Positions 50,140 through 63,050 of a DNA stretch of 64,000 nt are shown here, one piece after another. Numbering within the stretch: the stretch's first letter is position 1; the number at the start of each line of letters is the position of its first letter. A model generated the notes under the pieces. That model worked only from the letters and a program-made list of their open reading frames with translations. It did not search any database and was not told where the DNA came from. Both the position numbers and the translations under genes were made by a program. Origin of the DNA: the human T2T-CHM13v2.0 reference genome, Homo sapiens; NCBI RefSeq assembly GCF_009914755.1, contig NC_060936.1; one strand, 5' to 3'.

Positions 50140-50446
50140 TTTTATTTACTTTTTTTTTTTTTGAGACGGAGTCTCGCTCTGTCGCCCACGCTAGAGTGCA
50201 GTGGCACGATCACAGCTCACTGCAAGCTCCGCCTCCCGGGTTCACGCCATTCTCCTGCCTCAAGCCTCCCGAGTAGCTGGGACTACAGGGACCCGCCACT
50301 ACGCCTGGCTAATTTTTTTTGTATTTTTAGTAGAGACGGGGTTTCACCGTGTTAGCCAGGATGCTCTCAATCTCCTGACCTCGTGATCTGCCCGCCTCGG
50401 CCTCCCAAAGTGCTGGGATTACAGGCGTGAGCCACCGTGCCCGGCC
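50140..50446 (-). mobile_element. AluY element
   Basis: AluY diagnostics; 18-bp TSD taccttctctacatcttt. Confidence 0.92.
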
Positions 50447-50824
50447 TACCTTCTCTACATCTTTGCCAACACACATCGTTAAAAAAAGTAATGCCATCTT
50501 CTGAAAGGTTAATTTCTGGTCCCTATGGCATTTAATGAAAATTATTAATAATTACTGATTCTCTTGTCATGTTTTTCACTAAACTATGAGCTCAAAGCAT
50601 CCTGTGAACATTTCTGCTTATTCTGTATAATGCTTCTCTTGCTGGTGACTTTATAAGAAGGCAAGTACATTTCAGTGGTGACAAAGGTAGTGAGAGTATT
50701 GGTACTTAGCATAAAGGGTCAAGGCACACAGTAAATGAAGCTCAGATCCAAGTACAGGTAGCGAGGCTTGCCCTGATCCACAGTAACAGCCTAAACTTCT
50801 GCTCAATCAGGGCCATATGCTCTG

Positions 50825-50945
50825 ATGGAAACGGCCTTGGCTTGGATCTCAGGAGACCTGGGCCTTAGTTCTGGCTCTGACACTAACTAGTTGCATGATC
50901 TTGCTAAGTCCTTTTCTTGAGCCCATTCAAGTATAAAATGGATTT
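50825..50945 (+). mobile_element. MIR fragment
   Basis: 'ggagacctggg..agttctggctctgacactaactagttg' core. Confidence 0.6.
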
Positions 50946-51349
50946 CAGGTAAATGAAATCACAAAATGCAAAACCACAGACAAAATAACACTTCTGTATC
51001 TTCTTTTCTCTTCCTCAGTCTTCCCTTTATCTATACTGTCTCATTCTTTCTTTGGCTGTGGAAGGCAGAAAGATAATCTTTATCTGCATTGCTTAATCCC
51101 CATTTTCTAAGTTGTAGTTCAAATGGATCACCAAGATTACTTCCAAGGCTGCCAAGGCACACAACATCAGGTGTCAACATTCACATAGAAAGCAATGTAA
51201 GAATTGCTTTTGAGGATGTGCAGAGAAGAGGAGGTCCTGGCTTCATCCACACCACTTTACACAGTCCTTCTGGTAGAAAGAGCCTCTAGTAATTATACTG
51301 TATAGCATTTTCAGAAATATTGTCTCATATAAGTCTTATATAGAGAGAT

Positions 51350-51952
51350 GATGTCCACAGGATTATCCATGCCATCACATATTGCAAGGCTTCCTTTCTT
51401 TTAAAGGCTGAATAATATTTCACTGTATATATATGTCTCATTTTCTTTATCTATTCATCCACTGATGGACATTAAGTTTGTTTCCACATCTTAGTCATTG
51501 GGAATAGTGCTGCAGTGAAAATAGGAGTGCTAATATCTCTTCAAGATCCTGATTTCAATTCTTTTGGATAATTACCCAGAAATAGGATTGCTACATCATA
51601 TGGTAGTTCCACTTTTTATTTTTTGAGGAAACTTAGTACTCTTTTCCATAGCCGTTGCACCATGTTACATTCTTACCAACAGTGTACAGAAGTTTCAGTT
51701 ACTCTACATCCTTGCGAACACGTATCTTTCTTTTCACTAATAGCCATCCTAACAGGTTTAAGGTAATATTTCATTGTGATTTTGATTTGCATTTTCTTGA
51801 TGATTAGTGATACTGAGAATCTTTTGATATACCTGTTGTGCACTTGTATGTCTTCTTTCAATAAATGATAATTCCAAAATATATGAGAAACTTCTTCAAC
51901 TTAATAACAAAACAAACAAATAGATCATCCAATTAAAAAAATGGACAAAGGT
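51350..51952 (-). mobile_element. Old L1 fragment with an inverted segment (51870-51952 on +)
   Basis: Antisense ORF2 C-terminus (KEDIQV..MQIKITMKYYL..HCW) abutting a sense piece ending aaaaaaatggacaaagg. Confidence 0.75.
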
Positions 51953-51955
51953 TGA

Positions 51956-52437
51956 CATCCATCCCTTTGAAATGTAATTATCAAGGAGGGTAGCACCTGT
52001 CTCTTCCAGTCTCAATGGGCAGGTGGGCATCTAACTTAAGCACTTTGTTTTAACTTGCAAAAACCACTTCCTGTCTTAAAAATATGAGGTTTATTTTTTT
52101 CTTTGCATAAAGCCAATTGACTGACACAGATGGCCACTCCAATTACCAGGTAAGTCTAGGGTGAACTGTGAGTGACAAATGATTCTGTTAAGTCTTCTTA
52201 CTTGAGGACAAAGTATTGTTTATTTGACAACAGCCATGTAATGGGTTGTATCTGCCTGGCTATGTACAAGGGTAAGATTTCGTTCTGTGTTTGCAATCTG
52301 TTTAGTGGATGTTCTGTAATACATATCATAGTCTGCTTCAATGGTATTCAAAAATAAAACTTTCTTTCTTTTACACCTTTGTGGAGTGATTTCCTGGGGT
52401 GGGAGGAGATTTTGTTTTTAATTATATTTTCCCAACA
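51956..52437 (+). mobile_element. MER34-type LTR, 5'-truncated
   Basis: AATAAA, then 'gagattttgtttttaattatattttcccaaca' terminus. Confidence 0.65.
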
Positions 52438-53302
52438 GAGGCAAAACAACCTTGGTAAGAATTGTAAATGAGGTGGAAAAATATTCACAATTTCTTGATG
52501 TCCTCCCACTATCCCTCCCCCTTGTCTAATCTCTTCTTACACTTCACATCTGACTGTCCCTCTTCAGAATTTATTTTGATATAAAAATGTGTCCAGTATC
52601 ATCATCTATAAAATGGGGAATAATGAAAGACCTTATGTCATAGGATGAAATGATTTAATATCCATAAGTGCTAAAGATACTGTCTGCTATGTAGTAATCC
52701 CTATATATATTGTTATTGGTAATATTATCACATAGGACAATCTTACATCAAAGAGAAGACTGTAGCTACCCAACTTACACAGGTTCCACCAAGTACAAAC
52801 AGATAGTGCTTTGAGTTACCCACCATTTGGGGGTATCTCAAGCTAGTTTTCTTCTTTGTCTTGTGCTCTGAACGAGCATTCCCACCTAGTCCCTCCTGTC
52901 TCTTCTGCTGCCACCAGCAGGGGTGACCATAAAAATGAAAACTTCCACCTCTAGATATGGTCACTTCACAAAGAGAATAAATATTGACCTGTGCTACCTC
53001 AGATCTGGTAAAAGAAACAAAAAGAACGACAAAAAAATAAAAACTTTCTCCTTGGCTCTGCCGCTTATAAGTGTGATAAAGGTCAAGTGGTTTAAATGTC
53101 AACACAGGAAACCAATAGAAAGGGCTGTGAATTTGACATTTTTGAGCATGGTGGAAATTATGAGGAAAGATGTGGGTCATCCTTTCTCAGGAACTTGGAG
53201 GAAGATTAAAACCTCTTTCCCAGCAGAGACTAAATGAGAAGGTGGCAAGTGAAGAAAGCTGTTGGCTGCGGGTCAAGGTCCTCTTTTAATAGAAAAGGTG
53301 CC

Positions 53303-53692
53303 TGTTTGACTTCATTTCGTGTTGCCATGACAATACCACAGATAACGGCAATTTTTAAAGAAAAGAAATTTATTTCTTACAATTCTGGAGGCTGGCAAAT
53401 CCAAGGTCAAAAGCCTGCATCTGGTGAGGGCCTCCTTGTAGCATCATCCCATGGCGGAAGATGGAGGGGGAAGACAGCGTGAGAGGGCAAGAAAGCAAGA
53501 CACAGCCAAACTTGGTTTTATAACAAGCTCACTTGAGATAACGAATCCTCTCCCACAATAGTGACATTAATCCATTTACGAGGACAGAGCCCTCATGACC
53601 TAGTCACCTCTCAAAGGTTTGACCTCTCAGCACTGCATGGGGGGTTAAGGTTCCAATATACCAACTTTGCGAGACTCATTCAAACCACAGCA
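53303..53692 (-). mobile_element. MST (MaLR) LTR
   Basis: 'aaatttatttcttacaattctggaggctgg..gcatctggtgagggcct', ends ttcaaaccacagca. Confidence 0.75.
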
Positions 53693-54409
53693 GTGCCCTT
53701 GTGCTAATTACAGAAAGGCACTCACCCTATGTGAATGAATTAGAAAAAAATGGAGCTCGCTCTTAGAAGATGAAAGCCCTAGAGTTTTTGGATGGCAAGC
53801 TCAGTAGGGCTGGATTCTAATTCCCATTTGCCTACTCAGCTGGGTGTCTCTGGGCAATGCATGGGCTGCACAACGCTACACGGTGGCTGGCTGAGTGCTG
53901 CTACCACTTCCTATCCACTACTAACAAGTAGTAGTTAATACCTGGAACTTAAAACGACATTATAATGGAAGATCACTAATCTCCAGGAAATAATTACAGA
54001 CTCTGAAAAAGGCAGAAGTGGGACTATTTCCCAGCAGAACTGAAAAAAATTATCCCACTTAGCTCTGCCTTTGATTGTGGTGAGTGAACTTCCCCCTTCC
54101 ATATTTATCACACAGGCTTTAATATTGGCAGTACTGAGCTGTTGCTATAGCTCTCTCCGCTTCTTGAGATTTCTTAAAGGGTAATAGAGGAGTGGATTGA
54201 GAGAAATAGGTTATAGCTTTGTGAAAAGATGGTTAAACAAATGCACAGGACATTGGAAAAATTTGGGAACTACTGTGACCCCTTCCTCAGCCAAAGACTG
54301 CGTCAGGAAAGAAGAGATCTCTTATTCTTCTAGGTAATCATAGAAAAAAATCACAAAATATTTTCCTAACTTACTTGAGAGAAAAAGTGCATTTAATTTA
54401 TAAAGTTAT

Positions 54410-54588
54410 GCTATTTCATTGATGATCATAAACCATTTTTTGTAAGACTCATAATTATTTTACATTCCACTTAAGGAGGCAAAAAAAGACAACTAAATTG
54501 GCTGACACTATGAATTTTAAGGCACAACCTAATTTCAGAGATGTTAAAATGTGGAAAAATGTGTGCCTTAGAATCAATAAAATACAGC
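54410..54588 (-). mobile_element. MER104-like Tc2/Kanga DNA MITE
   Basis: Reverse complement ctgtattttattgattctaaggcacacatttttccacattttaacatctctgaaat. Confidence 0.6.
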
Positions 54589-54974
54589 ATTTTAAACCAT
54601 TGCCTCTCCTGCTGTAATGAAGCCCCATCACTGGCAGAAAATGGAATCTAGTTAGGTACTTGAAATGTATGACTCCTAGCAATACTTTCTCCCTAGCAAT
54701 TCAATTCTGATATTTTAAAATACTGACCTTTAGACAAAGTTGGGACAGGTTTGTGAGAGGAACTTGTGTTCTGGGCATTGCATTGCATAGATTGCCCAGG
54801 AATGTATAACCATATAAATCCTGCACACAGCCTGCTTTGTGGAACATCTTGGCATTTTTTTTCTTGTGCAAGGCTGACATCTGCTGGACAAACAACACTT
54901 AAGCAAAGTGTTGCATTTTAGAGTAAATTCAATTCTTGGCAAGAACCTACTTGTGGAGTATATACTACACATTT

Positions 54975-56460
54975 TCTGAGGAGAAGTTGCATGTAATTCT
55001 TATCTTTGTTTTTTTATAGGTAAGGTGTTTTTTCCTTCTGGCTTCTTTTATGATTTTTCCCTTTACTTGTGATTTTCTGTAGTTTAAAAATTATAAGCTT
55101 AGGTGTAGATTTTTGCGTTTTTTTGTGCGTGTGTTTATTCTTTTCGGTGTTCTCTGAGCTCTCTGGATCTGTGGTTTGGTATCTGACATTCATTTGGGGG
55201 AATTCTCAATTATTATTGTTTCAGATATTTCTTTTATTTCTTTCTCTCTTTCTTCTCCTTCTGGAATTTCCATTATGCATATGTTACACCTTTTGTAACT
55301 GTCCCACATTTCATGGATATTCTCTTATATTTTTTTCAGTCTTCTCTTAGCTTTTCAGTTTTGGTGGTTTTTATAGCTATAGTCTCAAGCTCAGAGATTC
55401 TTTCCTCAGCCATGTCCAGTCCACCAATAAGCCCATCAAAGGCATTCCTCATTTCTGTGACACCATTTTTTATCTCTAGCATTTTTTTTACTCTAAGGAT
55501 TTCCATCTCTCTGTTCATTTGTTCTTGCGCACAGACTACTTTATCCATTAGAGCCCTTATCATTTTAGTTGTTTTAAATTTCCAGTTTGATAATCCTAAC
55601 ATCCCTGTCATATCTGAGACTGGTTTTAACGTTTTCTCTGTTTCTTCAACCTGTTTTTGCCTTTTACTATGTCTTTTTTTTACAACTGGACGCGATGTAC
55701 TGAGTAAAAGAAATTGATGTAAATAGGCTTTTAGTAATGTGGTGGTAAGGTTTAGGGAGAAGGGAAGCGTTCCATGGTCTTATGGTTAGGTCTCAGTCTT
55801 CCAGTGAGACTGTGCCTCTGGATTGTGACTCTCACCTGTGCTTCTCATCCTCTCTGTCCCCTTTAATGGGACGGGATGGCTAGAGTAGGCAGGAGTTGGG
55901 TGTTTCCCTTCCTTCAGGTCGGTTAGTCTCTGATAAAACCTCATCCGGTTAGGTTTTTGGTATCTAGTTTCTCCCGAGGGAAGACTTTGTTAAGAGGAAT
56001 AGAATGCTCTGCTGCATTTCAAAATGGTTCCTTTCTCCCGCCCCCTGCGGGAAACACTAGGGGATTTTTCTCCAGTATTTCCTGTGAGAACATGGTTGAG
56101 CTCCTAGAAGTAAGACTCCCAGAAACAAGGGGCCTCCCAATGACTGGGTCTCCCTAGAGTTTTTATTTCTCAGACTGGTCCATGCTGAGCATCCAGTAAT
56201 TCCTCGGTTATTGTCCGGGTTCTCTACCGTGGTTCTGATTCCTGGGGGAGTTTATGCTTTGGGGTTTTTGCTCTAACAAGTCATAAATCTTTGCATTTGC
56301 CTATTTCTCTAATTTGAGGAGAAGTGGTTTGCCCTGTGACCCACTTCTCTGATGGGTCTAGAACGGTTACTAATTTTTCAGTCTGTTCAGGTTTTTACTT
56401 GTTGTTTGGGTGGAGTGGCCGCTTCTAGCTCCTAACATGCCAGACCAGCAACTGAAACCA
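54975..56460 (-). mobile_element. Ancient L1M 5' region (5'UTR/ORF1 remnant)
   Basis: ORF 55336-55611 with ORF1-like coiled coil (EMRNAFDGLIGGLDMAEERISELE). Confidence 0.7.
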
Positions 56461-57249
56461 TCTGAAACTTCTTGAAGTGCATATGACATATTGATGCCTT
56501 CTGCTATTTACCTCTTTTGTGACTAAATACATACATATGATTCATATACCCTGAGATGTAGGTAGTAGGTAAGAGAGAAACAAGAGTGATTAGATTCCTA
56601 AAACCACAGAGAATTAGAATTAAAACAGTTAGAATTGTAAATATCTTTGTGTGTCTGAGCAAGTACCACTGAAATTTTGGAGTATTAACTAAGAAAACAA
56701 TTAGACTAGAAAATGTAGAAAATGGTACCAAGATATCCAAAATAAAGGAATCTCTAAGCAAGATTTATTTACTTAATTCAATAAAGATTTTAATTTATAC
56801 TATCTGGGGAAAATACCATTATCCCTTATGCCATTTTCTTTGTGGTTGTAGCAGATAGGTGGTTAAAACTACAGAAAGATTAATTTTCATTAGTTTAAAT
56901 AATAAATTACTGGCCAAACTATTTAAAGGTATAAGAGATATCTCTGAAAAAATTAATACTGAAAAACTCATATCTGGAGGAAAGAAATTTTAGCTGCAAT
57001 AAATAACAATGTGAAATTCATTTCCTGCTTTGAGGAGGGGAGGGAGAGCTACCTTCATCAGACCACAGTTGCAGAAGGGAGCTCAGACCCTAAATGAGCA
57101 TAGCTGTGAGGTACATTGAGGAGTCTGCTCTGAGTTCAATGATGTGGGCTGATTAGAACATAGCTGAAAGCAGGTGTTGGGATATTGATTTCCATGGCTG
57201 GTCCTCACCTGTTACAAAACTTCTACTACAATGAGTTTCAAACTTCAAT

Positions 57250-57775
57250 ATGCAATCAATTATCTAACCTAAAGATCTTGGTAAAACTGTGATTCATTAG
57301 GTCTGGGGTGGGGGCTGACAGTCCACATTTCTAACAAAATCCCAGGGGATGCTGATGCTCCTTGTATCTGTACACTACAGTTTGAATATTAAAGTTCTAC
57401 ACAATGTCTCCTGGAACAGCAGTTCTCAGACTGTGATTACCAGACCAGCAGCAATAGCATCACCTGAGAACTTCTTAGAAATGCAAATTCTTTGGTTCTA
57501 TCCAGGCCAATTCAATCAGACACTCTGGGAGCTGGGATCTGGTCATTTGTATTTTAACAAGCCCTCCAGGTGATTGTGATGCCTGCCAAAGCCTGGGCAT
57601 CATTGATCTAGAGAGGTATTTTCCAGCCATAATAGAATTACCTGGAAGCTTAAAATAATTAGTCATTGGTTTCCAATTAAATCAGAATTACAGAATGTGG
57701 GACCCTTTATTATGGGTTTAAAAAAAAAAACCTTCCTCATTTGATTACAATGTGCAGCCAGGTTTGAGAACTGCC
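57250..57775. mobile_element. Cluster of about 3 MER5 (hAT-Charlie) MITEs
   Basis: Repeated 'cattt.taacaa..ccc.aggtgatt/gctgatgc', 'ttagaaatgcaaattct', 'gtttgagaactg' motifs. Confidence 0.7.
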
Positions 57776-57794
57776 TGAGAGAGGCCCACTTACT

Positions 57795-57893
57795 TCACGA
57801 GTCTTTGCCAGCAAAAGTCTGGTGGTGGTGGGGGTGCCTGGGTCTGCTGGGCCAGCGACTCTGACTCTGCTCCTCCTCACTGTTGCTTTGCAC
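57795..57893 (-). CDS. TESPA1: TESPA1 last coding exon (VQSNSEEEQ..FAGKDS*)
   Basis: Acceptor gttacag|GTG, phase 0 after ..LEE; stop TGA at 57797-57795, then A|gtaagt donor. Confidence 0.9.
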   Translation of the reverse strand: MQSNSEEEQSQSRWPSRPRHPHHHQTFAGKDS

Positions 57894-59056
57894 CTGTAAC
57901 CAAGATCCCACAGAACTCAGCCAGAGCCAAGGGGGAAAGGGGGTAAGGAAAGGTGCAGGTGGCAGGTAGCTGTAGGGGAAGGAGGCTGAGTGTACTTGAG
58001 AGACAGCCTCTTCTGTGGTGTCAGGGACACAGTAATGAGGAAGGCAGGAGCGGAGGTGTAGCTCTACATTCAAGGAGAGGTGACATACATGCAAATGATA
58101 TTTCAAATAATCACGGCTTCTTTTTGTGGCAAGGATTTAAAAGCTTTTTAAAGAGATCCCAACACTTCATGGAAGTATCTTCCATAGACCCAGGCGAGAG
58201 GAGTTCTGAGTCTTAGAGGGTCAGAAGAGTTGGTGGACTTAGAGAACACGAAGAGTTGGTGGACTTAGAGAATGTGCCCACCTAGTCCTGCACTATTCCT
58301 TCTAGAACATTCTTTGGTTACCCAGAATCACAAAGTTTGCTGGTCAAATGGCCCCAAGCTGGTTGCAGGAATGTGCGCTGGTTTTGCCTGATGACTGTTC
58401 TCTCAAGGGCTGACCTCTCCAGTAGTGTATGCAGCCTAGGTCCAAATGATGACCAATGGCTCTTTGTGTAGGTGGGAGCTTGTGGCATTTGGATGTGCAG
58501 GCTCGGGTAACCAAACATGGACATGCAAGGTCCCTTATGGTATAGGACAGGTCTGGGCACTGGAAGATAAGGGAACAGGTCAGGAGCTGGGGAGTGGTTC
58601 TGCTCACACTGTCACATTTTAGCACAGAAGTCCTAACAGTCTGAGAATCCTAGATTGAAATCTGGACTTCTGGGTCTTTATGGTTAGATATTTGTCAAGG
58701 TAAGGGAGAATTTATTTTATTTAAGAGTGGTTAGCTTTGTGTAAAACTGCTCTCCATTTGTAATCTCATGAGGACCACAACAAATGGTAATGAGAGGTGT
58801 ACTTAATGGGAACATTAAATGGCAATCAGATCAGGTATTACCAAAGGAGCTCTGAAAACTCGACTGCTCTTAGGAAACCAGGCCTCTGTCTCTTTCTCCC
58901 TGTATATTAACCCTGAATTGAAATCAGAAAGTGGTATATCTGGCTAGGACAGGAAGCCTGGATTATTTTTCCCCCAAGGGTTCTAACCCTTCATCTTCTG
59001 GGAAAGAATCTACAGCCTTTCTCTGCCAGTCTCTCCCTCACCTCCAACCCACTTAC

Positions 59057-59868
59057 CTCCTCCAAGTCAAAAGTGTCCTGTGGCTGCTGGCTTAAAGACC
59101 GACGCAGTTCTGGTCTGTCTACACTCTGCTTCCATTTCTGCTGGGTGATGGACAGGTCCAAGGACTTAACCTTCCTGCCCATGAGATTCTTCTGGAAGAG
59201 GCTCTTTCTTGCTCTGCTCTTTCTTTTCCAGAAAGTCTCATCCTTGGCTGGATGGGTTTCCGTATTGGTGGCTGGTAGACTACACAGCTCTCTCCTTATC
59301 TGAGCTGGGTCTGTGCTCCACTGTGGATCTTCTATGGGCAGAGAATGTGTGCAACAGGGTACCTTGGGGTTCGAATCCAGAGTTTGGGATGGTGCTAGCA
59401 CTGTGGACATCCTCTGCTGTGTTTCCTCTTCACAGCAGAAGACACATGGATAGGGAGAAGTGGGCAACTTCTTACCCTCAGCAGGGGGCACAGGATCTTC
59501 CTGTGAGAATTGCCCCAAATCAGAGTCTTGCTGGAGGAACTGCTTCTCTTCTTTCACTTTGTCCATCACTTCCAACACAACTTGGTCCAAACTGTTCCTT
59601 TTGGGGGTGTTGTGGGGTGGTGGTGGCCGGTCTCGGGGGCATGTGTACAGACACATCTTGGAGATGGCTTTCCGAAGGCGGTCTCTGGGTGACTGGGGTT
59701 CAGGCTCTCGGGACAGAATCCTGATGGATGGCACATCAGTTGGATGGTTGCAATTCCAGAACATGTGGGATGGTGTGAACTTTTGGACAGGTGTCTTAGA
59801 CACATAGGAGTAGAGACAGAAGAAGGCATCAGCAGTGACAGCCAGTGTTTGCACCTGCTTAAACCTGC
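59057..59868 (-). CDS. TESPA1: TESPA1 large coding exon (812 bp)
   Basis: tcttgtacccag|GC AGG TTT (SRFKQVQTLAVTADAFFCLYSYVSKTPVQK..) to GAG GAG|gtaagt; KRAP/SSFA2-family motif. Confidence 0.95.
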
Positions 59869-60367
59869 CTGGGTACAAGAGTTAAAGATGGTAAGTCTGG
59901 GGTTCATCAGCAAATCTTCTTAAATCTCTCCCTTCAGGAGGCTCCCCAAAGCTCAAAATTCAGGGAGAAGCTTCCAATTTTCCTACTAGTGTTTCTCCCT
60001 TTTAGATTTCTAACACTCTTTTTCTGGAATTTCGTAACTTCTTGACACCCCATCCCATGTAGATATTCCAACTGGGAAACAAAAAAGAGGGATAAGATTT
60101 ATAGATATCATGCTGATATGATTGACTGAAAGGCAAGAAGGCCTAAAGGAAGCAGTAGTGGCCTGAAGTCTCTTAAAGGCTATTTCTTTAAGAGAAAGAA
60201 TCAGACAGAGTTCTCCATCTTCATTGAACACAACATAAGAGGAAATAGACACAATAGGCAAAGGGTTAAAGATAACCAAGAGAAAGCAGGATTTGAAGCC
60301 ACTGAGCCCTGCTGTGAAAATCTAAAGGAAAAGGGAAGTAGAGCAGGTGCCTGGGAGGGACACTCAC

Positions 60368-60576
60368 TGGCCAGCATGAGGCAGGGGTCTTCCATTTCAA
60401 TCCTCCGCACCTGGGACTTCAGGAAGAGCTGGAAATCAATGCCCTTGGCCTGAGAGGGGGTGGTGAAAAATCGGGCGGGTATCCGAGAAGTGTCTTTGTG
60501 ATCCTCTTGGCCAAAGCCCAGACTGAAGAGGACATCTTCTGCATCTTCTTGCACTTTGTCCAGAATTTCTGAGATG
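60368..60576 (-). CDS. TESPA1: TESPA1 coding exon, KRAP/IP3R-binding domain core
   Basis: catttcag|C ATC TCA..(ISEILDKVQEDAEDVLFSLGFG..RIPARFF..EMEDPCLMLA) A|gtgagt. Confidence 0.95.
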
Positions 60577-61803
60577 CTGAAATGAGGGAGTTTGGGTAAA
60601 TAAGGGACAACTTTGAGACACATGGTAATTCAGAATATCAGAATATCTAATAAAAGTGTCAGAAGACTGAAATTCTTTTCTGTCCATTTCTCTACTTTTC
60701 ACTGTGACTTTGAGAAAAGCTTTCACTTCTCTGAACCTAAATTATCTGTTGGAAACATGGAAACTACAATCCAACCCTAGTTATAAAAACTGAATAAAAT
60801 TTTAGTACAGTACTTTGAACAACTTATTGCAGACGAATAAAAATTTAAGTAAATATAAAAGGATTTTGAAAAATAAGAGCAGCATAGATACAAATAAATT
60901 TCACAGTTGCATCATTAAGTGCTCAGTTCCCAAATTTGCCATCCGACTTGCCCCAGTGGTTGTTGCGTGGGACAACTAAGCAATGAATATGTAAGAAACA
61001 TAGAACCCCTGAAGGTAAACATTTTTATTCTTGATCTTAGGGCAAAAAGTAATCAATAAGCCCATCCAAAACCTGATTTTGAGAGGTATGCTCCTTTCTA
61101 GCACTATTTTCAGTACAGAAGTCCTGTGTCACAGAAGATCCCGTGCACGCACTCTCTCTTTATGGTATCAACCTGGATTTATGTCTAAATCGGAGTTCCA
61201 CCAACTTGGGTGACACTAGAGCTTAGTAATTGTGTTTCAGACAGTGAGGCTAAGGGAAGCTGTTATTATTTGAGGCTTTGAATAATCACTATCACTCTCT
61301 TCAGAAAGTATGCTGGGCTTTTTGATCAAATAGGGACCATCTTGTTTAGCTAATAGCTGGACGGTCGGAATCCCTGGATCTACTCTTGTCCTTGCCAGCT
61401 TTTATCTCCATGGTCCTAAGTTTCCCTATCTGTGAATTGTGGGCGTAAAACTGGATCAGTGCTTCTCAACCATGGCTACATGTTAGGGTCACCTTTGCAG
61501 GCTTTAAAAATGCATATATTTGAATCCCATCTCCAGACATTCTGATTAAATTGAACTAGGGTATGAACTAGGACTAAGGCTCAGTGAGGATAAATTACTA
61601 AATTTGGTCATGTGACAAAATTTAAGTCTCAGAACCAGGTCTCAAATTCAAATTTTGACTTCAAATTTCAGATACTTTTCATTATATCATACTAGTTTTC
61701 CTGACTTTTCATCTTTTTCAAAGAGTTATTTGTGTGTATATTTTGTCCACCCTATGAAATCATTCAGCTCCTGGGATCAAGCTATTTGTCCGCTTCATCT
61801 TTT

Positions 61804-62266
61804 CTTTTTTTATTTTCATTTTTGTTTTAAGTTCTGGGGTACATGTGCAGGAAGTGCAGGTTTGTTACATAGGTAAACGTGTGCTAGGGTGGTTTGCTGC
61901 ACCTATCAACCCATCACCTAGGTATTAAGCCCAGCATGCATTAGCTATTTTTCCCAATGGTCTCCCTCCTCTCACCCCATCCCCTGACAGGTCCCAGTGT
62001 GTGTTGTTCCCCTCCCTGTGTCCATGTGTTCTCATTGTTCAGCTCCCACTTAGACGTGAAAACATGTGGTGTTTGGTTTTCTGTTCCTGTGTTAGTTTGC
62101 TGAGGATAACGGCTTCCAGCTCTATCCATGTCCCTGCAAAGGACACGAACGCGTTCCTTTTAATGGCTGCCTAGTATTCGTGTATATGAACCACATTTTC
62201 TTTATCCAGTCTATCACTGATGGGCAGCTGGGTTGATTCCATGTCTTTGCTATTGTGAATAGTGCT
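61804..62266 (-). mobile_element. 5'-truncated L1PA 3' end (roughly PA7-PA8), intronic
   Basis: Antisense L1PA 3'UTR with T-rich tail; TSD gcttcatctttt. Confidence 0.9.
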
Positions 62267-62678
62267 GCTTCATCTTTTTCAAATTCCATACAGTCATTGC
62301 CTGGCCTGCCTGTCCGAATGAATTAATATTTTATTGCTTCATTCAGTCAACAAATTAGTCAATTAATCAATACATTGTTTACTGAGCACCTACTCTGAGT
62401 CTTGGAACTGTGATGGTACCAGTACTATACCTCCTGGGGTACAAGTTTCAGTGGGAGGAGACACCTGTATTTTACACATAGTATTCAGCTCTGAGAAGAC
62501 TCCTCTGTGTCTTTCACAATTCTTGAAACAAATATGGTCACATTTTTCAAGTATGCAGTAAAAGTGCATAAAAGCTCCAGTAAGATATCCCAGAAAAAAC
62601 AGGCAATGGCTCTTGGTTCCATTCTCCTATGCTTCTCATCTTCTCCACCCTTCCACCCTGCCAAACTTCAGTACCTAC

Positions 62679-62777
62679 CTTGAACTAGTCTTGTTGGTCC
62701 CCCCAGTCATGCTGCTGGAAGCCAAACTACAGCCAAGATCAAGTAGCTGGCAAGGCCTGGCTGTCTCGAGGAAACTC
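62679..62777 (-). CDS. TESPA1: TESPA1 coding exon (SFLETARPCQLLDLGCSLASSSMTGGTNKTSS)
   Basis: ctctgcag|G..AAG|gtaggt; 99 bp, phase 2-2, joins neighbours in frame. Confidence 0.9.
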
Positions 62778-63013
62778 CTGCAGAGATCAAAGCTGATGTC
62801 ATACAAATCTTGTTTCCAGTCTGCACCCTGGCTTCGAGGAATCCCTGCTGGACTTATTCACCCCCTGAACAGTAGTCTATGCAGTGCTTGTTCGTTGGAA
62901 AGTCTCACTCTCTAATGTGAATCTTTAGCTCTTTATTTTAATCTCTTTGACCTACCCCAATTCACTGATTCTTAAAGGAGACATCATTCACCCTGGCTGA
63001 ACCTAACACTTAC

Positions 63014-63050
63014 CTGGAGAAGAGTTTGCCATTGGCGGCCAGTAGTGTGG
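63014..63050 (-). CDS. TESPA1: TESPA1 37-bp coding exon (ATLLAANGKLFSR)
   Basis: tcttgtccag|CC ACA..TCC AG|gtaagt; phases fit both neighbours. Confidence 0.88.

Noticed and set aside
59073-59807. Plus-strand ORFs opposite the large TESPA1 exon
   Set aside because: Antisense shadows of coding sequence with no independent support
58991-59878. 295-aa ORF as a stand-alone gene
   Set aside because: It is the 812-bp TESPA1 exon plus intronic overhang; splice sites bound it at 59868 and 59057
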